Below, piece after piece: positions 11,701 through 26,929 of a stretch of 64,000 bases of DNA (the first letter of the stretch is position 1; every line of letters starts with the position of its first letter). Below the pieces are notes generated by a model. That model was given only the letters and a program-made list of their open reading frames with translations. It did no database searches and had not been told where the DNA came from. The position numbers and the translations under genes were made by a program. Location of the stretch: assembly GCA_051362555.1 (NCBI GenBank), contig CM120642.1:496001-560000 (forward strand), read 5' to 3'. The stretch is from Lingula anatina. Lineage: Eukaryota; Animalia; Brachiopoda.

Positions 11701-14046
11701 CTGTTCCAATAATGCACCTGGTGTGCAGAAATGTTAAACCAACCACCTAATAATCAAAATGTTTTTACATATAGTCTCTCTGAAGGTCACTGGATATTGA
11801 CAAATAGTTACATTTACCCTTTTAGTATGTACGCAAAAAAAAATGTTACCAATCCTGGATTGAACTGGGGCTACACCATTTGGCTAAATGTAAACAAGCC
11901 TAAGGGATGTCTACCCTGGTTAACATGGGTGCAATTAGTCAGCACACCTTGTACCAGAAATAACCTGTGATATCATCTTCTACTGGCTGTCACCACGGCA
12001 GCTTCTGTCCAAAAAATACATACTTCAAAGATAAATAAAAATTAAGTCGAAGTCACAGGTTGGTACTAATACACGACTTAAACATCCTTTCACTGTCACT
12101 TCTTACTAGTATTTATGATATTAGTCATATATTACTTCTTCCAAGTAGAAAACACATTTGTCATTTGCCAAGAAAATTGGATATTTATTTCAGCAAATCT
12201 GCAGAATTCAACATATTGATTTAATTTTCTTTTCACATTAAAAAAACTTTCAATTTTCATCAGAAACTTGATATCTTAAATTATAAAAATGTCCAAGTCT
12301 AATCCAACAAAACTTTGATGCAGCAGTTGCTTTGATGTCAAAAGCAGCAGCAATTTAAGGCCAGACATGTCAATTAAGATCAAATTGTAATAAAAAGCTG
12401 GCCTCATTTTTTGGTGGACCTTATGTCCACTCCCTGGTTTCAGCCTTCAGTTAATAAAGACGGGATCTTGTAATTGGTAAACCATGATGTGAACCTTTCA
12501 GCCAACAGCTACTCACGTGCCTCTGATCATACTTATGTCTCATTCATGTTGTTTTTGATGAAAATTTTATAGATTTGAGATGTATAACATCTGAGTATTT
12601 ATTATTTCTGTACTCTCATGTCATACGTACACCTAATTATAGGCTTTAGAACAAACATACATTTGGGCCAAGTTGAGATTTTTGTGCAAATTCATATTTG
12701 CATACCTCTTAAACTCTATATTTTACATTTCTCATTCTGGTATTGCATAAAGAGTTAAATTCCAATAGCGTATCAAAATGTACTGTGTTTGAAGAATCAA
12801 ATCCAATCGTTTTTCAAAAAATCTTTAAAATAGCCGATACACAGACGTTTATTATTTTTTTAAATGCTTGAATGACATCTAGACAAGATAGATGGTGGAA
12901 GAGACAGTTTATCCTAAAAGTTTCTAAGGACCACATGGACCCATACTGTGGTATAAAATATGTCAGGTACATTACCCTGTAAGACACAGCGTAGGCAGAT
13001 CAAAGATATAAATATACACACGCGATTGCATGTTAAAGTTGATAAAAAAGCAGCCTTTCAATCATAATACAACACTGCTGTTATAGCAGGCAATGGTGTC
13101 CTCTTCAGTAATACCCCAGTCCCGTGGGAGTTACAAGGACAACCCCATCTTTCATCCAACACGTGTTCAGATATCTAATATCAATGGAAACATCGTGTTA
13201 TGTTGACAAATACTTCAAAGACTATTCATTGCTGTGAGATGTATCGTTGTGTTTGATGCTGTAGGTTACCCATGATCCTCTGTGGCAAATCACAACTCAC
13301 AACATGTACACCATAGCTAATGTTTGCCAATGTTTGACTGTCACTTGCCTTTAGGGATCAGAATGCCATACAACTGACTAGCAACTCAAGCGTATACACA
13401 CGTCTTTTTTATGTTTATGGAATGTGGATTTGTGATTATGCAACTGATTTCACCTTTCCACAATGCTTACCTCTTTGTGAGGAGCATTAACAATCCCAGA
13501 ACTCAAAAACTTTGTGTGAAAAAAAGTAAATAACAATATAAAAATTGAGAAAGTGTTAATAAAATGAAATACTGATCTAATAAATATCCCATATGCATGA
13601 CTTGATATGTCTAACTCCATCAAAAATAAATTACATTGTGAACCCAGTAAACATGCCACAAGGTGCAAAATACAATGGACCCATTTCTTAACAAGTCAAC
13701 TTTCACACAAACTGCCAAACTACATCATTTCCCAGCTTTATCAATCCGTATAGAGAAGGAACTCAATGTCATTACTTCATAGAGTAAAAAATACAACCCC
13801 CTTCCAAAGAAAAAAATGAATTTGTGTTGGAAAATGACATAAAAAATGTGACACCCCATAAAACACCAGGTTGCATATGTCACTGATACAGTAAGGCACT
13901 CTAACATCTGATTCAGCAAATGTCAGCACAAATTACTTTGAAAAAGTTTAAATTATAAAATTCAGTTGACACCTTCCAAAGATAAAATAAAATAAAATAA
14001 AATAAAATAAAAACTCACAGCATTCTAATTTTGTTCGTGTTGTTCC

Positions 14047-14100
14047 CTTTTACCTACCCCCTTTTGATATAACTTTTACCTACCCCCTTTTGATATAACT
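14047..14100. repeat. 26-bp tandem duplication
   Basis: CTTTTACCTACCCCCTTTTGATATAA occurs twice in tandem. Confidence 0.9.
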
Positions 14101-14438
14101 TCTACTGGCTGCATCACTTTTCTTATAAAAATTCAACTACTTTGAGATAGTCCAGATAAGACAACATGCATGCAAGAAGCTAGTACAAATTTAATAGCTT
14201 GACAGTTATGGTTTATATTTTATAAAGAACAAGGAAATACCAGTTTGATGATAGTACAGAGGGTGGTAACTATACCAGGGTCAAACTATACAACTCTTTA
14301 AGTCAGGCCACTTAACACAGAAATGAGACTTAAAGGCGTTTCATCAGATTTCTTCAATGGGTTTTGTGGCAACTTAGACTTCTGATGGGATTCTTTGAAT
14401 GTATACCTTCATAACCCTGGTGTAACAATGGAAGAACC

Positions 14439-14560
14439 AACCCAACTGGACCAATCATTTATTTTCCTTTCCAATTTTATAGTTTCAGTATTATCTTTAA
14501 CCCAACTAGACCAATCATTTATTTTCCTTTCCGATTTTATAGTTTCAGTATTATCTTTAA
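14439..14560. repeat. 60-bp tandem duplication
   Basis: AACCCAACT(G/A)GACCAATCATTT...GTATTATCTTT occurs twice with two substitutions. Confidence 0.9.
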
Positions 14561-15882
14561 GTTAATATATTCAAGAACTTTATTTCTGTGATAGAAAAGA
14601 AATTTAATGTAAAGTATGCATGAATGCAAAAAATAAAATACAAAAGAGAAAAAAGACTTCAAAGGAAAATTTGTCAACAATTGAAATTCCGCTGTGTATG
14701 CAGTATAGCGTGTAGTGTTTCACAGATATATATCTCCTATTTGTAGCTTAACACTGTGTTGCACTGCCAGTAATGGCTGAAGAAAAGACTTTCAAACTGT
14801 CATTTTGGTGATGGCTATCTCAAAGCCTGTCTGGGGCAACCCATGTGGAAAAATTCCAAGTTTTTTTTTTTTATTATTTCTTTTTCAATTTAAGTTTAGG
14901 CTGCCTTTTTGTTCTGATCTTTATCAATTATATATAATCTTTATATTTTTGTATCTTAATATCTTAATTATTATTATTATAAAGGATTATCATTAAACAA
15001 ACATATATATATTACAAATAAAGTACTAGTCATCTGAAGTATATTTTTATGAAAATGTAGGCCTGAAGTCTTATAATAGCAGAGGTAAATTTTAATCTAA
15101 ACAATTTATTCATTAAATAACATATTTCACCAGTTTATCCATTTACCTTTGGCAGACGCACATAATCAGAATTTTTTCTTAAAATTAAGTCATAGATCTC
15201 TTAAACTCGAATATTTGATGATGTTGGCTGAACATGCAGACATGTAGCTAGCCTGAATTAATATACCCACTGCCTCCTTACTCCAGCTCCTATCAACTGA
15301 TAACAAACATTAGAACAATTAAGGCCAAGTTAGCAGACTTTACATAGTTCAATGACTCATACCTTTCTTACACTACCACTTACATAAGATTATACAAAGA
15401 CATTCATGAGAGTGCATAACCTAAGGAGATTGACGACCAAATTCTCTTATACAAAAAACCAAATGAAAAAAAGAGCAGTGCTTAAAAACGGAAACAAGCT
15501 TAAACCACATTGTGTGAGGTCTTGAGAAGAGAAAATGTTGAAATTTTAACAAAAATATCAGGCCATGCCTTTGGTTGGTTGTATTGATATACAACTCCTA
15601 ATCTAGCACAGCTGAAAATGACAGATTTCAATCTTTGTTTCAGAGAAAAAACATTAACTAGAAAGCATTTCAACTGCTGTGTTTAAGGTAATGTAATTGC
15701 TTCCAGCGGGCAGGGAGAAACACACTCAAGTTTCAGTTACCAAAAATGCAAATAAAATGCAATAAAGTACCACACTGTGTGTGTGTGTGTGTGTGTAAAG
15801 TGTACTTAGGAGAAGAACTGAGGATAGGCAAAGTGAAATCTATTGATAAGAATCAATCAATATCAATCCAAGCCACGTCACA

Positions 15883-16050
15883 CAGGGGCGGATTCAGGGC
15901 GTCTTCTGGGTCTTCCGGAAGACGGTCAGATTTTCAAGTTTACATTCACGGGTATCTAATTTTTTCTGTCGGAAGACGGTCAAAAATGAAGAACGGAGCA
16001 ACAAAGATAATTTGGAAGACTGTCAGAAAATATCTCTGAATCCGCTCCTG
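15883..16050. mobile_element. 168-bp MITE (young copy)
   Basis: 15-bp TIR CAGGGGCGGATTCAG / CTGAATCCGCTCCTG (1 mismatch). TCACA is duplicated on both flanks, and GAAGAC motifs repeat internally. Confidence 0.8.
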
Positions 16051-18902
16051 TCACAGGAACACTCTGTGATATAACCTAAAACAAACCCCTCTCTCCTCAC
16101 TACACCACCTGTCTTTTAAATTAACTTAAAGTGGACTTTAGAAATCCAGTCTTAATACTTGTTGACAAATGAGAGCCAGCATTATATCAACAATAATACA
16201 ACTGCATGTCCAACCTTGTCTCACAAACTGTCCTTCTATAAGCTACACTGACTGCCTTTCACCAACATGGCAAGAAAACAACACAAACACCCGAATGCGA
16301 CAACGTGCGCTTTTAAATCAAGTGCACAGCAGAAAAATATCAATGTTTGCTGTGGATGATTTGATTTGTGCTGTAGGATAATAAAGCTCTTGTATCCATG
16401 AAACTAAATTATCCTTCTGAACACTGCTTCAGTGCTTGGTGAATGTTTTCTTAAATTGTCCTGCCTAAACATCCTTTGGCAAGCTACGAGTCCTTCTGAA
16501 GAGAGTGTTGAACAAAAACACAATCATAATAAGAACACCAGAGCTGGTAATTCGACTGAGTGTTAACCTATTGCAGGGGTGGACAAACATTAAATTCACA
16601 AAACATTTTAATGGTGGTATCCATTTTTTTTTTTTTTTTTTGCAATCAACTTTCAATCACATCATTACAAAACTCATCTTTTTTAGATTACAAGTACTAA
16701 CATAACTTCAATCCCTTTTCAACTCCTCTATTATTCTCATCAACAGTTCTTGAGAAGCCCTCAATTTTTACCTACTTTTTACATCCATGCCATCACAGCC
16801 CTCAATTGTCTCCCTTTCATCACAAATAAACCCTATAACAATACCTAGGTAACAACCACTCAGCTCCTCTCAATTTACCTCATTTTAAACCATTCTCTTG
16901 TCACAAAAATTGAAATTCCAGGTGAACTGTTCCTTCTGGCTTCTTTATTAGATGTCACCATTTTTTTAGTTAAAACCATCAGTAGCATTATATCACATCT
17001 TCAGGCATTCTTAGTTGTGAAGTAAATATAGCACAATAACTTCTCAAGCATGCTCATTTTACATTCTTCTACCTGTTTTTCTATCCCATGAATTTTTTTT
17101 TTTCGAAAGGTGTGCCATTTCCCAATTACAGGATCTCTATAAAAAGATGTATTTAATCAGTAACAAAAAACAAAATAAGGTAATTATTCAACAAATTTGA
17201 AAAAGATTACTTAATCATGTCCAAAAATAAACGTTGATTTTATATTCCTCAAAAATAACTTGGCTTAATTTGCATCAGAAATTGCATCAATGTGTGTGAC
17301 TAAAAATTATATATTTTGAAAAAGAAAATTATTTCAAAAAGTGAAATGTGTAAAATTTTGACATAATTACCATATTAATCTGGTTTGACCCACTCTAGCT
17401 ATATATCCTGACCCCTAATTTGCTGAAGCCAAGGGGTCCCCACATTTCAAAAATGTCACAGGAGTTACGTGACAGTCATGCAGTTGCATTATTATAAGTC
17501 TACAGTTACAGTCATTTTCTTATACATATCTGGGGCCCTGGCATAAAAATATGCTTGCCCTAACCATGTATTACAACAGAGCAATTACACATACTGATGT
17601 AGGGCCAAATGTTGAAATATTCATAAGCACTAAAGAATAGCTGATAATTTCAGTCTATATTCCAGTCAACATATTCAGTACAAAACATGAAAAAGAAATT
17701 CCGTGGCTGTCTAGTAAAGGAAAATATTTGGCTGATTACCCTGCACCTATAAAGCTCTTGATGAAGTGCACCAATCAAAACAGCAGCTTTTTATACCAGG
17801 CAACCCCCTGTTTGTAGCCCACTTTTCATAACATTTCTATACAAACAAAGACAAAAATTCCAGCAACACAGTCAAAGCCAGTGTCAATCTTGCTGTAAAG
17901 GTAATTCAGGTAAAACTCTCTCTATTCACAAGGTTTAAATTGAAGAATTTCAATTTTTGAAATGACTAATTTGACCCAGTAAACAAGTAAAATATTGGCA
18001 GCCATGAAGCTGTCAGAAGAACAAGTGCTACCTGTTTCCACCAACTCAGCACCTATCAGCTCAACACCCTACCCTACCACAATCAAAGATTTATTGCATT
18101 TTATGTGATAACAATGACCATGTTAAAGGACATTAAAAACAATAAGCAGCCATAACTGTGACAAATGGACTTAAATGAATTGAAGTTGTTAAACTTCTTC
18201 AAAGCACTTGGTTCAGTGATTTATGTCCAATGGCCACAAGTGGCAAAAGGAATTTTTGGCCAGCGAAATGGAACACCTCACACTTTCATATTGCCACACC
18301 TGATCCAGAACCAACTTGGAGCTTCCCGTTCCTAATTTTATTACACACCTGAGGAATTCTCCACTCACTGTGTGCTAGTTACAAAGAGAAAGGACTAGCA
18401 AAAGTTTGATATTTTTTCAATCCATCAAAGCACTCATATTTTATAGATTGTATTGTCCCTGTATGCAACTTCATTCTCAATTTCATGATAATAATATATT
18501 CTGATCCTTTGAACAATGCCGTTATGGCAGATTTTCTTTTCTTTTCCTTTTGTGGAATCCTTTCTCAACCAGCACCAAAATTTGCATATCAATTTTCCTC
18601 TACAATTAAATCCCCATTACATTCCCTCCTAATGTAAGCAAGGTGTCCTCACAAACTGCTACACCCACTCTCTAAGTCTTAATGGAATAATTAGTTATTA
18701 ACCTCAAGTCGTACTGTCATTAAGGGTGTCTACCCTCTTTATGCTTTATGCTCTTCATTAAGAAAAAAGTATTCTCCCTTTTTAAATACTGACACCACTT
18801 TTATTTATTTATTTCTTTTCAATTTGCAACACATGGGGTGTCTAGCATGGGTGTTAAAAAATAGCGTAATTTTTTTTTCTGGTACACTCAAAAAACACTT
18901 AC

Positions 18903-19003
18903 TTGCGAACAGCTTGAATCTTTAAAGCCATGGCAAGTCTCCTCCGCTGCTGAAGCTTTTCCTCACACTTGGGTGATTTGGGTTCCAATTTGTTTGACAT
19001 CAT
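18903..19003 (-). CDS. Candidate alternative first coding exon (MMSNKLEPKSPKCEEKLQQRRRLAMALKIQAVR+AA)
   Basis: ATCATGATG start after an in-frame stop, 33 codons plus 2 nt of charged protein-like composition, donor CAA|GTAAGT (phase 2). It sits at the end of a roughly 3-kb repeat-free, CpG-retaining block. Confidence 0.55.
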
Positions 19004-22000
19004 GATTGTAAAAGCACTTCACTTCCTCCTTAAGTCTGAGCTAAGAGTAGCTTTCTTAGGAAATTAACTTGCCGTGTTAAACGTCTCCCATGCTGTCAAA
19101 GCTACCAGCTAGGAGAGGAGATTTTGATGTCCTTTTTTTCTTTCCTTCTCTCAAATTCACCCACTCGTAAATTTTCTCATCTTCGTAATCTGCTGTGACA
19201 CACCAGTCCCTGAGAGCAGTCTTCAGTTTGAATCAGCAAACTGTTGCTCCTTGTATATATAACTTACGATAACGTTGTATACGTTCTACCTGCTACCTTG
19301 TGATAAGCTGTATAATTATATCAGTCCAGACAAGAAGAAATCTAGCCTAAAATCCTAAGTGTCTGGTTAATCTGTGTCTTGATAACGATAAAATTCCTCT
19401 AGATGGACCTTGGTTGACCTTTACTAGCAGTCTGATCACAGGGGGGGGACACCTGTCGTATTTCTTCTCCCTGTTGTCTGCCAGTCAAAGCCGCTGCTTA
19501 ACCTTCGTCTCTAGCTCTGCTTGTCTACAACAACAGCTATCCTTCAACAGTTAATTTTCTTTGTGCAGTTCCTTACCTGTCAGCACACTTTTCACCATTG
19601 TTTCAAAAGTTAACAATTTTAGTACAGTAATATCCTGCTCCTGCAACTTATTTTCAACCCAAAGTGTCACCATTTCTGTGGAGACCACCTAGGCCAAGCT
19701 GTGTTAGTGTGAGATGGGCACCAATAGCTCAGACATCAACTTGCCAGAGTCATTTTCTCTCCAATGGGCCACAAATGGGCACCGGTAACTGTTTTCTTTA
19801 TGTAGCCTACAAGTTAATCTGGTTGTCAGTGAAACTTAAGATGGGCTTTAATTCTCCCGTAGCAGCCTGCCTGCTCCCTTCATGTCAGAGGCGAGTGAAT
19901 ATGACAGGTAATTCTCTTGAAGAGGTGACTTATGATCTCCTAACCCAGCCGATTACCTTTGCTGTGAGCTGATGTGGCTGAAAGGCAAAGCACTTCTGTC
20001 TCTCCACTCCTCTCTTGCATAAAAGGTATTTCACCTGGTGGTATGTTAAACTGTTACAAATTAATGGCGCTGATTGAAATGCCTGAACGTTTACTTGTTC
20101 CTGCACATTGCTTCCAGTACAGCAAATCTTCTCTAATCATGTGGGAAATCTTCACTCTTCTTATAAAGGAATTTCTCCGCTGACACGGTTGTAATTTAAA
20201 GTCGGTAGATAACTTAGTCTTTTATCCTTTTTTTTTATATTTGCATAATTTTTTCACCTGTGGATGCAATATAGTTACCTGGGCAAAGTCTCGTCCCAAA
20301 TTAGTGACTATGTTTCAAAAGCATCAAATTTATCAACTTCTACAGTATTTCATTAGGCGTGGTAAACAATTCTCGCAGGATCAACAGTGATCTTATACTG
20401 GTGATGTATTATGGATGCCTCGTCCAATAAGAATTTCAAGCACCTGTATGAACTGTTACCAATCACTAAACTGGAGGTTAAAACACAAGTCTACACTTAG
20501 AATTTCATACGTTACAGGTGTGTTCTTGATTCAGACTACAACATGAAAACAAAATGAATTTTTGATATATATCTTCCAGGTGTATTAGAGCATATGAAAT
20601 CTGCTTATTCCACCATGTTAGCATTCTATATCAAATTGCTGAAATACAACATAGTTTCCACATGACTAGAAACTTAATATCCACATTCCAACTTCTTATC
20701 TCTGGTTGGAGCTTAAGCAATGTTACTTCTGCAGCCTAAAAAAGTGTATACCCAAATCCCTAAAACAGCCTCACAAATTCATAACCAAATATCCATTTTC
20801 AATTCACCAACCTGTTGTGTCAATAATCTGATAAAGTAACTACAGTGATTTGATGTACACCTTAGAATTGTCATCCTTTCCCTGAAGGTAGTCAGGTTGT
20901 GTCTGTAATCCTCCTGGTCAAACAGTCATAACAGCACACCAGTGGTTTACCTGTTGCTCTCATTAAGACGGGTTAAATGATGTCATTACAAGTACCTGGC
21001 CAAACCAACAGGTAGGGCGTCTTGGCTTAATCCCTCTTGGGTCGAGATGGCAGATCCTTTTGATCGCAGGGATTGCCACAGATTGAGTCGTTCACACTTT
21101 GATCACTTGATATCGACAAAGTCCGACTGAGCTTTAACCGACTTACTGAACCTTTTATCTGTATTGTTGTGGAAAAGCTAAAACTGTGCAGCTGTAATGT
21201 CACATTCACATCACCAGGACCTGTAGTTCCTGAAAAGTCCAGCAGAGGGCTCTAACTGCCTAATCTTGCCAATCTTTCTACTTTCTTAGTTCACTTCCTA
21301 TGTTTTGTCTCTCTTCAGCTCTTCTCTCACAGCCAAATGACCCTTTTCAGATTTGGTGAAAATAATTCTGTTCCAGCAGCTCAGTAAGTTATAAGTCCCC
21401 CCGAGTACGCTATTCACTTGATTGAGTTAGAGCCACGCAATCCAATGCACTTCAGGGGAGAAGCAAAAGCAAACAAGTTGTTATTCGGTGGTATGGACTG
21501 TTTAGACAAAGTTACGCCACAGTAACAGTACTACACAATCACAGGATCAAACCCAATGGCTGGAGGGAGTTGACACGGGGCCGCGGCCGCCACCAGAATC
21601 AATACCTTCCCATAATACCTCCAGCACCACCTGATGCACTCGCTGCAAGCACTTTGGATTCACGCTTACACTGTGTGCGAGGAATTCAAAATCCTTGATT
21701 AAAACTTTTTCTTCCTGGTGTCTATAAGGTAATAATGAGGTGTTCTCAATGAAGTTCCACCCATGCAGTCAGCCTCTATGACTACTATATTGTCAAGTTT
21801 TGACTGGTGTCTTTTGCCCTGTCGGATACCTTATGCTATACCTTGATGTTTTCTCTTCAATTGTGAGCTGATTGTTGTATTGTATAGCCACTGCCTTATG
21901 CTGATAGTGTAGTGGCTGAGTAGAATGCACCTTACATGTAATATCCCATCCACTGCGCAGTCAAGTGCTAACTCACTGACGCACTGTGGCACAAGTGCTG

Positions 22001-24590
22001 CAATGACAGTCGCGTGTTTTATAATTTAAAAGTCCCAGCGTGCTTTGCTCGGAGGCTGCCTGTCACTCAGTGTACAGCGCGAACCCAGTGGTTTGATACG
22101 TACACTTCAGTTGCCGAATGTCCTCTTTTCTTATTTTGCTTTATATGAAAACATTGACTGTAAATGGCCCCTGATCATAACACGGCCCTTTCTTCCGACC
22201 CACTACACATTTTCTTCTACTTTTCATGTGCGCCAAAGAGTTTTTGTTTATTCTGGGCTGGGGTCGGGGACCAGTAAGATGATACCTGTATAGCAGCAGG
22301 CTTCTGTTCATTCACATGGGACATTATAATTCAATGAAGCAAAAGTCATAGATATTCATATATTCTGACTGATTGCAATCCATTCTAGTATCCATCCTTC
22401 TCCCCAGCCAGTCCTGGTCTAACACTTGTACTTGGGAGCCCTCAGACACACCCTCCAACTATTACACAACTCATATCAGAGATTTTACACTGATAACAAC
22501 ATCAAATACTTGTAGTAAATATACACAAAATCCTAACAAATCAACAGAAAAATCAACACCAAAATGGCAAAAAAAAAGAACTGACTAACATTCTTCAATT
22601 ACTTTATATGGATGAACATTATGTTGTTATGTTAACAATGACAGAGATATAAGGATTCAATCTACATTAAATCACAGACTCTACACACATAGTTGGGCGT
22701 CAGACTGAATAGGACTCTACTCCTGTATGTCAAATTGGACCTTTTCCTGTCAAAAGATAATCCTATTAAGTCCCCAAAACACCCCACCTCGCTGTCCCTG
22801 TTGACAGCCATCAAGGGGACGCAGACGCCACTACACCAAATTATTTTATTTTCAGTATTCAAATTGAAAATCTATTGAGTAACTCTCCCACTTCTACCAA
22901 TCTTATCCCAGGTGACCCAGTAGCACTCCCCCCCCCCCCCCACCCTCAGGCAAATATGCTCTCTACTTTGAGATCTTTCAATTTTTATCAAGAGTGTAAA
23001 ATCTCTGCCAGAGATAAAGCACTCAACCAATGACACTGCCGTCTGAACAAAAATTGGCCCGCACCAGGAATGTTGCTATGGTGGTCCAAGCAGCAAGTGT
23101 AAACTCTGTGAAAGTTGATGCCACAGGTATGAGAACTTGTAAAAATGAGACAGCTGAAAATTTATGTGTCTCTAGTAGCAATGGAGCCATGTCGTTACAG
23201 GAAATGGGGGCGTTTTTAATTACAACTGACATTAAAGAACATTGCCCAGCTTGGTACTCATGTATTTATGGTACAGTTTTTATTAATGTTTTCCACTCAG
23301 AAGAATCAAAGCATTAATTTGTAATTCTATTGCTACTTAAGTTTTTTTATGACCCTTGAGTTGGAGATTACAATTGGGCCATCTTATTTAAAAAAGAACA
23401 GCTTTAATTTTGACAAGCTTATTGGTTTCTTTTGCTATGAGGTTAAATGCAAATAATCAAAGTTAAAAACCATATAAATTTCAAACTTTGTTTTTGCCAC
23501 CTCAGATATGAATCAAAGCTATGAGGAACATTGTGACCACATCAAATGTTTTCAGTTTTGAACGTTAACAGACACACGCACAGCAGCAAACTTAATAATA
23601 ACAAAAATATCTCTTTCTTGACTCACATCCACTCAATGCATAAGTAAGGAAAGTTTACGATCTGACAATGTAAAAACACCCTACTTTACTCCCCAGTTAA
23701 TGCCCACATCAAAACTATACCCAAGTTTTTCCCTGATATGGATGATATATGACACAGTTTACCACCTCTTACAATCAATAATGTACACAAAGGTAAAGCA
23801 TTTTAAGATAACTGCAATAAATCTTAAAAATACTGGACTCCATTATCTTAGCTGGATGTACTTAGTCTTCTAATAATATCTTTTCATCTGGTGATGAAAA
23901 ACTTAAGGTATTTATTTCATGGCTGCAGTTGAAGTAATTGCCAATATTTTTTATTCACAAATCATTCACATATGTTGCAGCAGACAATTACAACACACTT
24001 CAAACAAATCATTGATTTTTATAGCATATCATATTTTTATTTATACCCCAGATCATCGCTGTTGTGTACAAACCAATGAGTTTATTGAAAAATATGAAAT
24101 CTTCTGACTTCACTGGAAACAACAGTAAAAACCAGCCTATAGGTGGAAGCATGTTTTGGGGTGGGGGGGGGGGGAGGGGGATGAGGGGCAAGTGGACCAT
24201 CTCAGACCAAAATGAGGAAGATTTCCAAATAACGGATAATAATGAGCTGGACCTTTAATGGTCTCTCTCATGTTGATTGCATTACATCTTGCTCAGTGTT
24301 CATTTTAAAAGCTGTTTTCAGTTGATCAAAGTCGATTGCTTTGCCATGCTGTGAACCCATCTGGCATAAACAATATATCACTGGGTAAACAATTCTATAC
24401 AAATTCTAAACATTTGACGATGGATTCACTCCATTGTCTTTCTGTTAATCTTCTCCTAATAATATAATAAAGCTCTAACAGAGGAGAGAAAAAGGATGAA
24501 AATTCGATCACTGCAGATGAAATATTGGCAATGCCTTCTTGCACTGGTTGTAACTGATCCAAGAAGAAATCAGCAGTGATCTAACTGAGA

Positions 24591-24768
24591 GATGAGGCTC
24601 TGCTGCCTGTGACACTGGCTGTGATGAGGCTCTGTTGCCTGTGACACTGGCTGTGATGAGGCTCTGTTGCCCGTGACACTGGCTGTGATGAGGCTCTGTT
24701 GCCCCTGTGACACTGGCTGTGATGAGGCTCTGTTGCCTGTGACACTGGCTGTGATGAGGCTCTGTTGT
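24591..24768. repeat. 32-bp minisatellite, about 5.5 copies
   Basis: Unit GATGAGGCTCTGTTGCCTGTGACACTGGCTGT. One copy has a 2-bp insertion. Confidence 0.95.
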
Positions 24769-25297
24769 CTCAACTCCACTCCAGTGTATGTATCATAATA
24801 GCTGACCTATTAACCACTAGCATTAATCTGGTCATCTCAAGTGGATCCAGTACCTATATACACAGGTAAACTTAGGCTTGAAATGACCATCCAGTTACAG
24901 TAAACACTAATAGTTAAGAGCAGAATAGGTATTCCAGTAATGTGTGCACACCATGCTAGTCTACAGTGTGTTTATGAGTTAGGCTACTTCAAAGCATTCA
25001 CCTGCCTAATGTGTTGACCCCCACCCCCCCTGCTTCTCACCTGTATACAGGCAGAATGTTTATAGGAATGTTTACAGTTGAACATTTAGGGTCTAATCTT
25101 ATACTACTTATTGTTTTGTTTTGATTTCTTTGGCTGAATCATGAAAGTTTAATCTTTCTAGTGTTTATGTAGTCGAATACCAAAGAGAATCTCTTTGATG
25201 GAAAATTAAGAACTGATTAAAAATTGCCATTTTCCATTTTTTTTAGCAAAGAATTACTGTCATTTCTCCTTAAAAGTATGAATATAAAAGTAATATT

Positions 25298-25385
25298 GTG
25301 TGTGTGTGTGTATGTGTATGTGTGTATGTGTGTGTATGTGTGTGTGTGTGTGTGTATATGTGTATGTGTGTATGTGTGTGTGTGT
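25298..25385. repeat. Interrupted (TG)n microsatellite
   Basis: Direct reading of the sequence. Confidence 0.95.
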
Positions 25386-26929
25386 AATTTCCCATGTATG
25401 TGATTAAATGTGTTCATACATGTAAGATTGTGAGTGAAATTTGCAATTTCATAAAAAAAAAGAAATATCAGACTCCCTTTTGAATACATAATCACACATC
25501 AATGAGATTTGGTAGCTGAAAACCCATCTAGATCAGCAAGGAGTTGTCACAATGAAGAAAAACAACCCCAATAACAAAGACATATTGCTGACAATAACAT
25601 CTAAATGCCTACAAAAATGCATTCCTGCCCTACAATAATGTGAGATGAAAAGATTTGGCAATTAGAATGGCAGAATAAATAAATTGAAACCAACTCTTGC
25701 AGAAAAAATGTGAAATAAACAAAGATAAATTGTTGAATTAAACTAGGTTAATATGTCTGTCCATTTGATAAAAATACTGGATATCTTTTAATGTATATTT
25801 GAGTTGAAATAAATAGTAAATGAAAAACAATTGGACAAATAAAATACGCATTAAAATGTGAGCTCTGTTTTAAAAAATAGGACATGCAATAAAACTGTGC
25901 ATTGTTTTTAAAGCTTCAAATATAAGAAAATGTACAAATGCAACAGGAATTCAATTGTGAGGAGAAAAAAAAACAAATATGAAAGCATATTACAGTTATT
26001 AACCTAAAGAAAGTTCTCAGGAATATTTATTGTTATCTTTGTTGTTTCAGACAAGGAAAATGTTACCTAAATTAGATTATACATAAGTAGTTGTCACCTA
26101 CTTCAAATGAATACATTATTTCATTCATTTAGATAATGACAAGTCATTTGCTCCTCAGTGGACACATCTTCAACAAATGGAGTATTATCCAAATCATTAA
26201 GTTCTACCTCTATACCTTCGGGCAACTATGGCATGAATCTCATTATTGGAACAGGGGGAAGTTGGGGGGGGGAGAGGTTCAAGAGGACCATTAACTCATA
26301 ATATAAGCATTTCCCCCCTAAAAGTTTACTGATATTACATTTTAGCCAATTTAAAACTCCCTTTTTGGTAAGATCAAAAACAAAGTTGTAACATCATTTC
26401 TCCATAGTATGATAACAGGTCCATATTACAGATGCACTCTGATGAAAATACACAATATACTGATACTGATATTGTCTTGAGAATCACATTGGTTGTTGTA
26501 TAAATATCAACCAATCTGACTTCATGGCTCTACTGCCTAAATCTTCTAAGAGGCATGATAAACGTTATACCACTGAGACCTACATTAACATGTGCTCATG
26601 TTTGCAAATAAACATCCACATACTAATTATGAACATGCACAAACATCCTCACATACACTGATGAACTACCACTTCACAGAGCATTGTATTTTCCTGACAA
26701 AATCATGTGTCTGAAAATACACTTAAGTTAAATTATAGCTTTTATGTGTAAAAATGTGTTAGGACCATTTAAGATTATTATTATCATTGCTATTTATTAT
26801 TATTATACAATAAATTAACAAACATATGCCAGGATGCATACATGCACACACATCACGTAGAGCCTTCATAAAACACTGAAGTATTGCACTGAAATACCTC
26901 ACAACATTCTGCACATATATGCTACTTAC

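Noticed and set aside
9347-15403. Further very short ATG-to-donor phase-2 ORFs (9366-9347 MWLKYM, 12530-12517 MIRG, 13314-13301 MVYM, 13487-13471 MLLTK, 15403-15384 MSLYNL; also 32431-32418 MHIP)
   Set aside because: As a control I checked GTRAGT motifs in intron 1 and found similar short phase-2 ORFs at about half of them (for example near 38474, 38998, 47024 and 58698). These cannot be distinguished from chance without transcript data, although some may be real.
19577-19598. ACAATGG start with strong donor CAG|GTAAGG (MVKSVLT)
   Set aside because: It is phase 1, incompatible with the phase-2 series, and I identified no matching acceptor.
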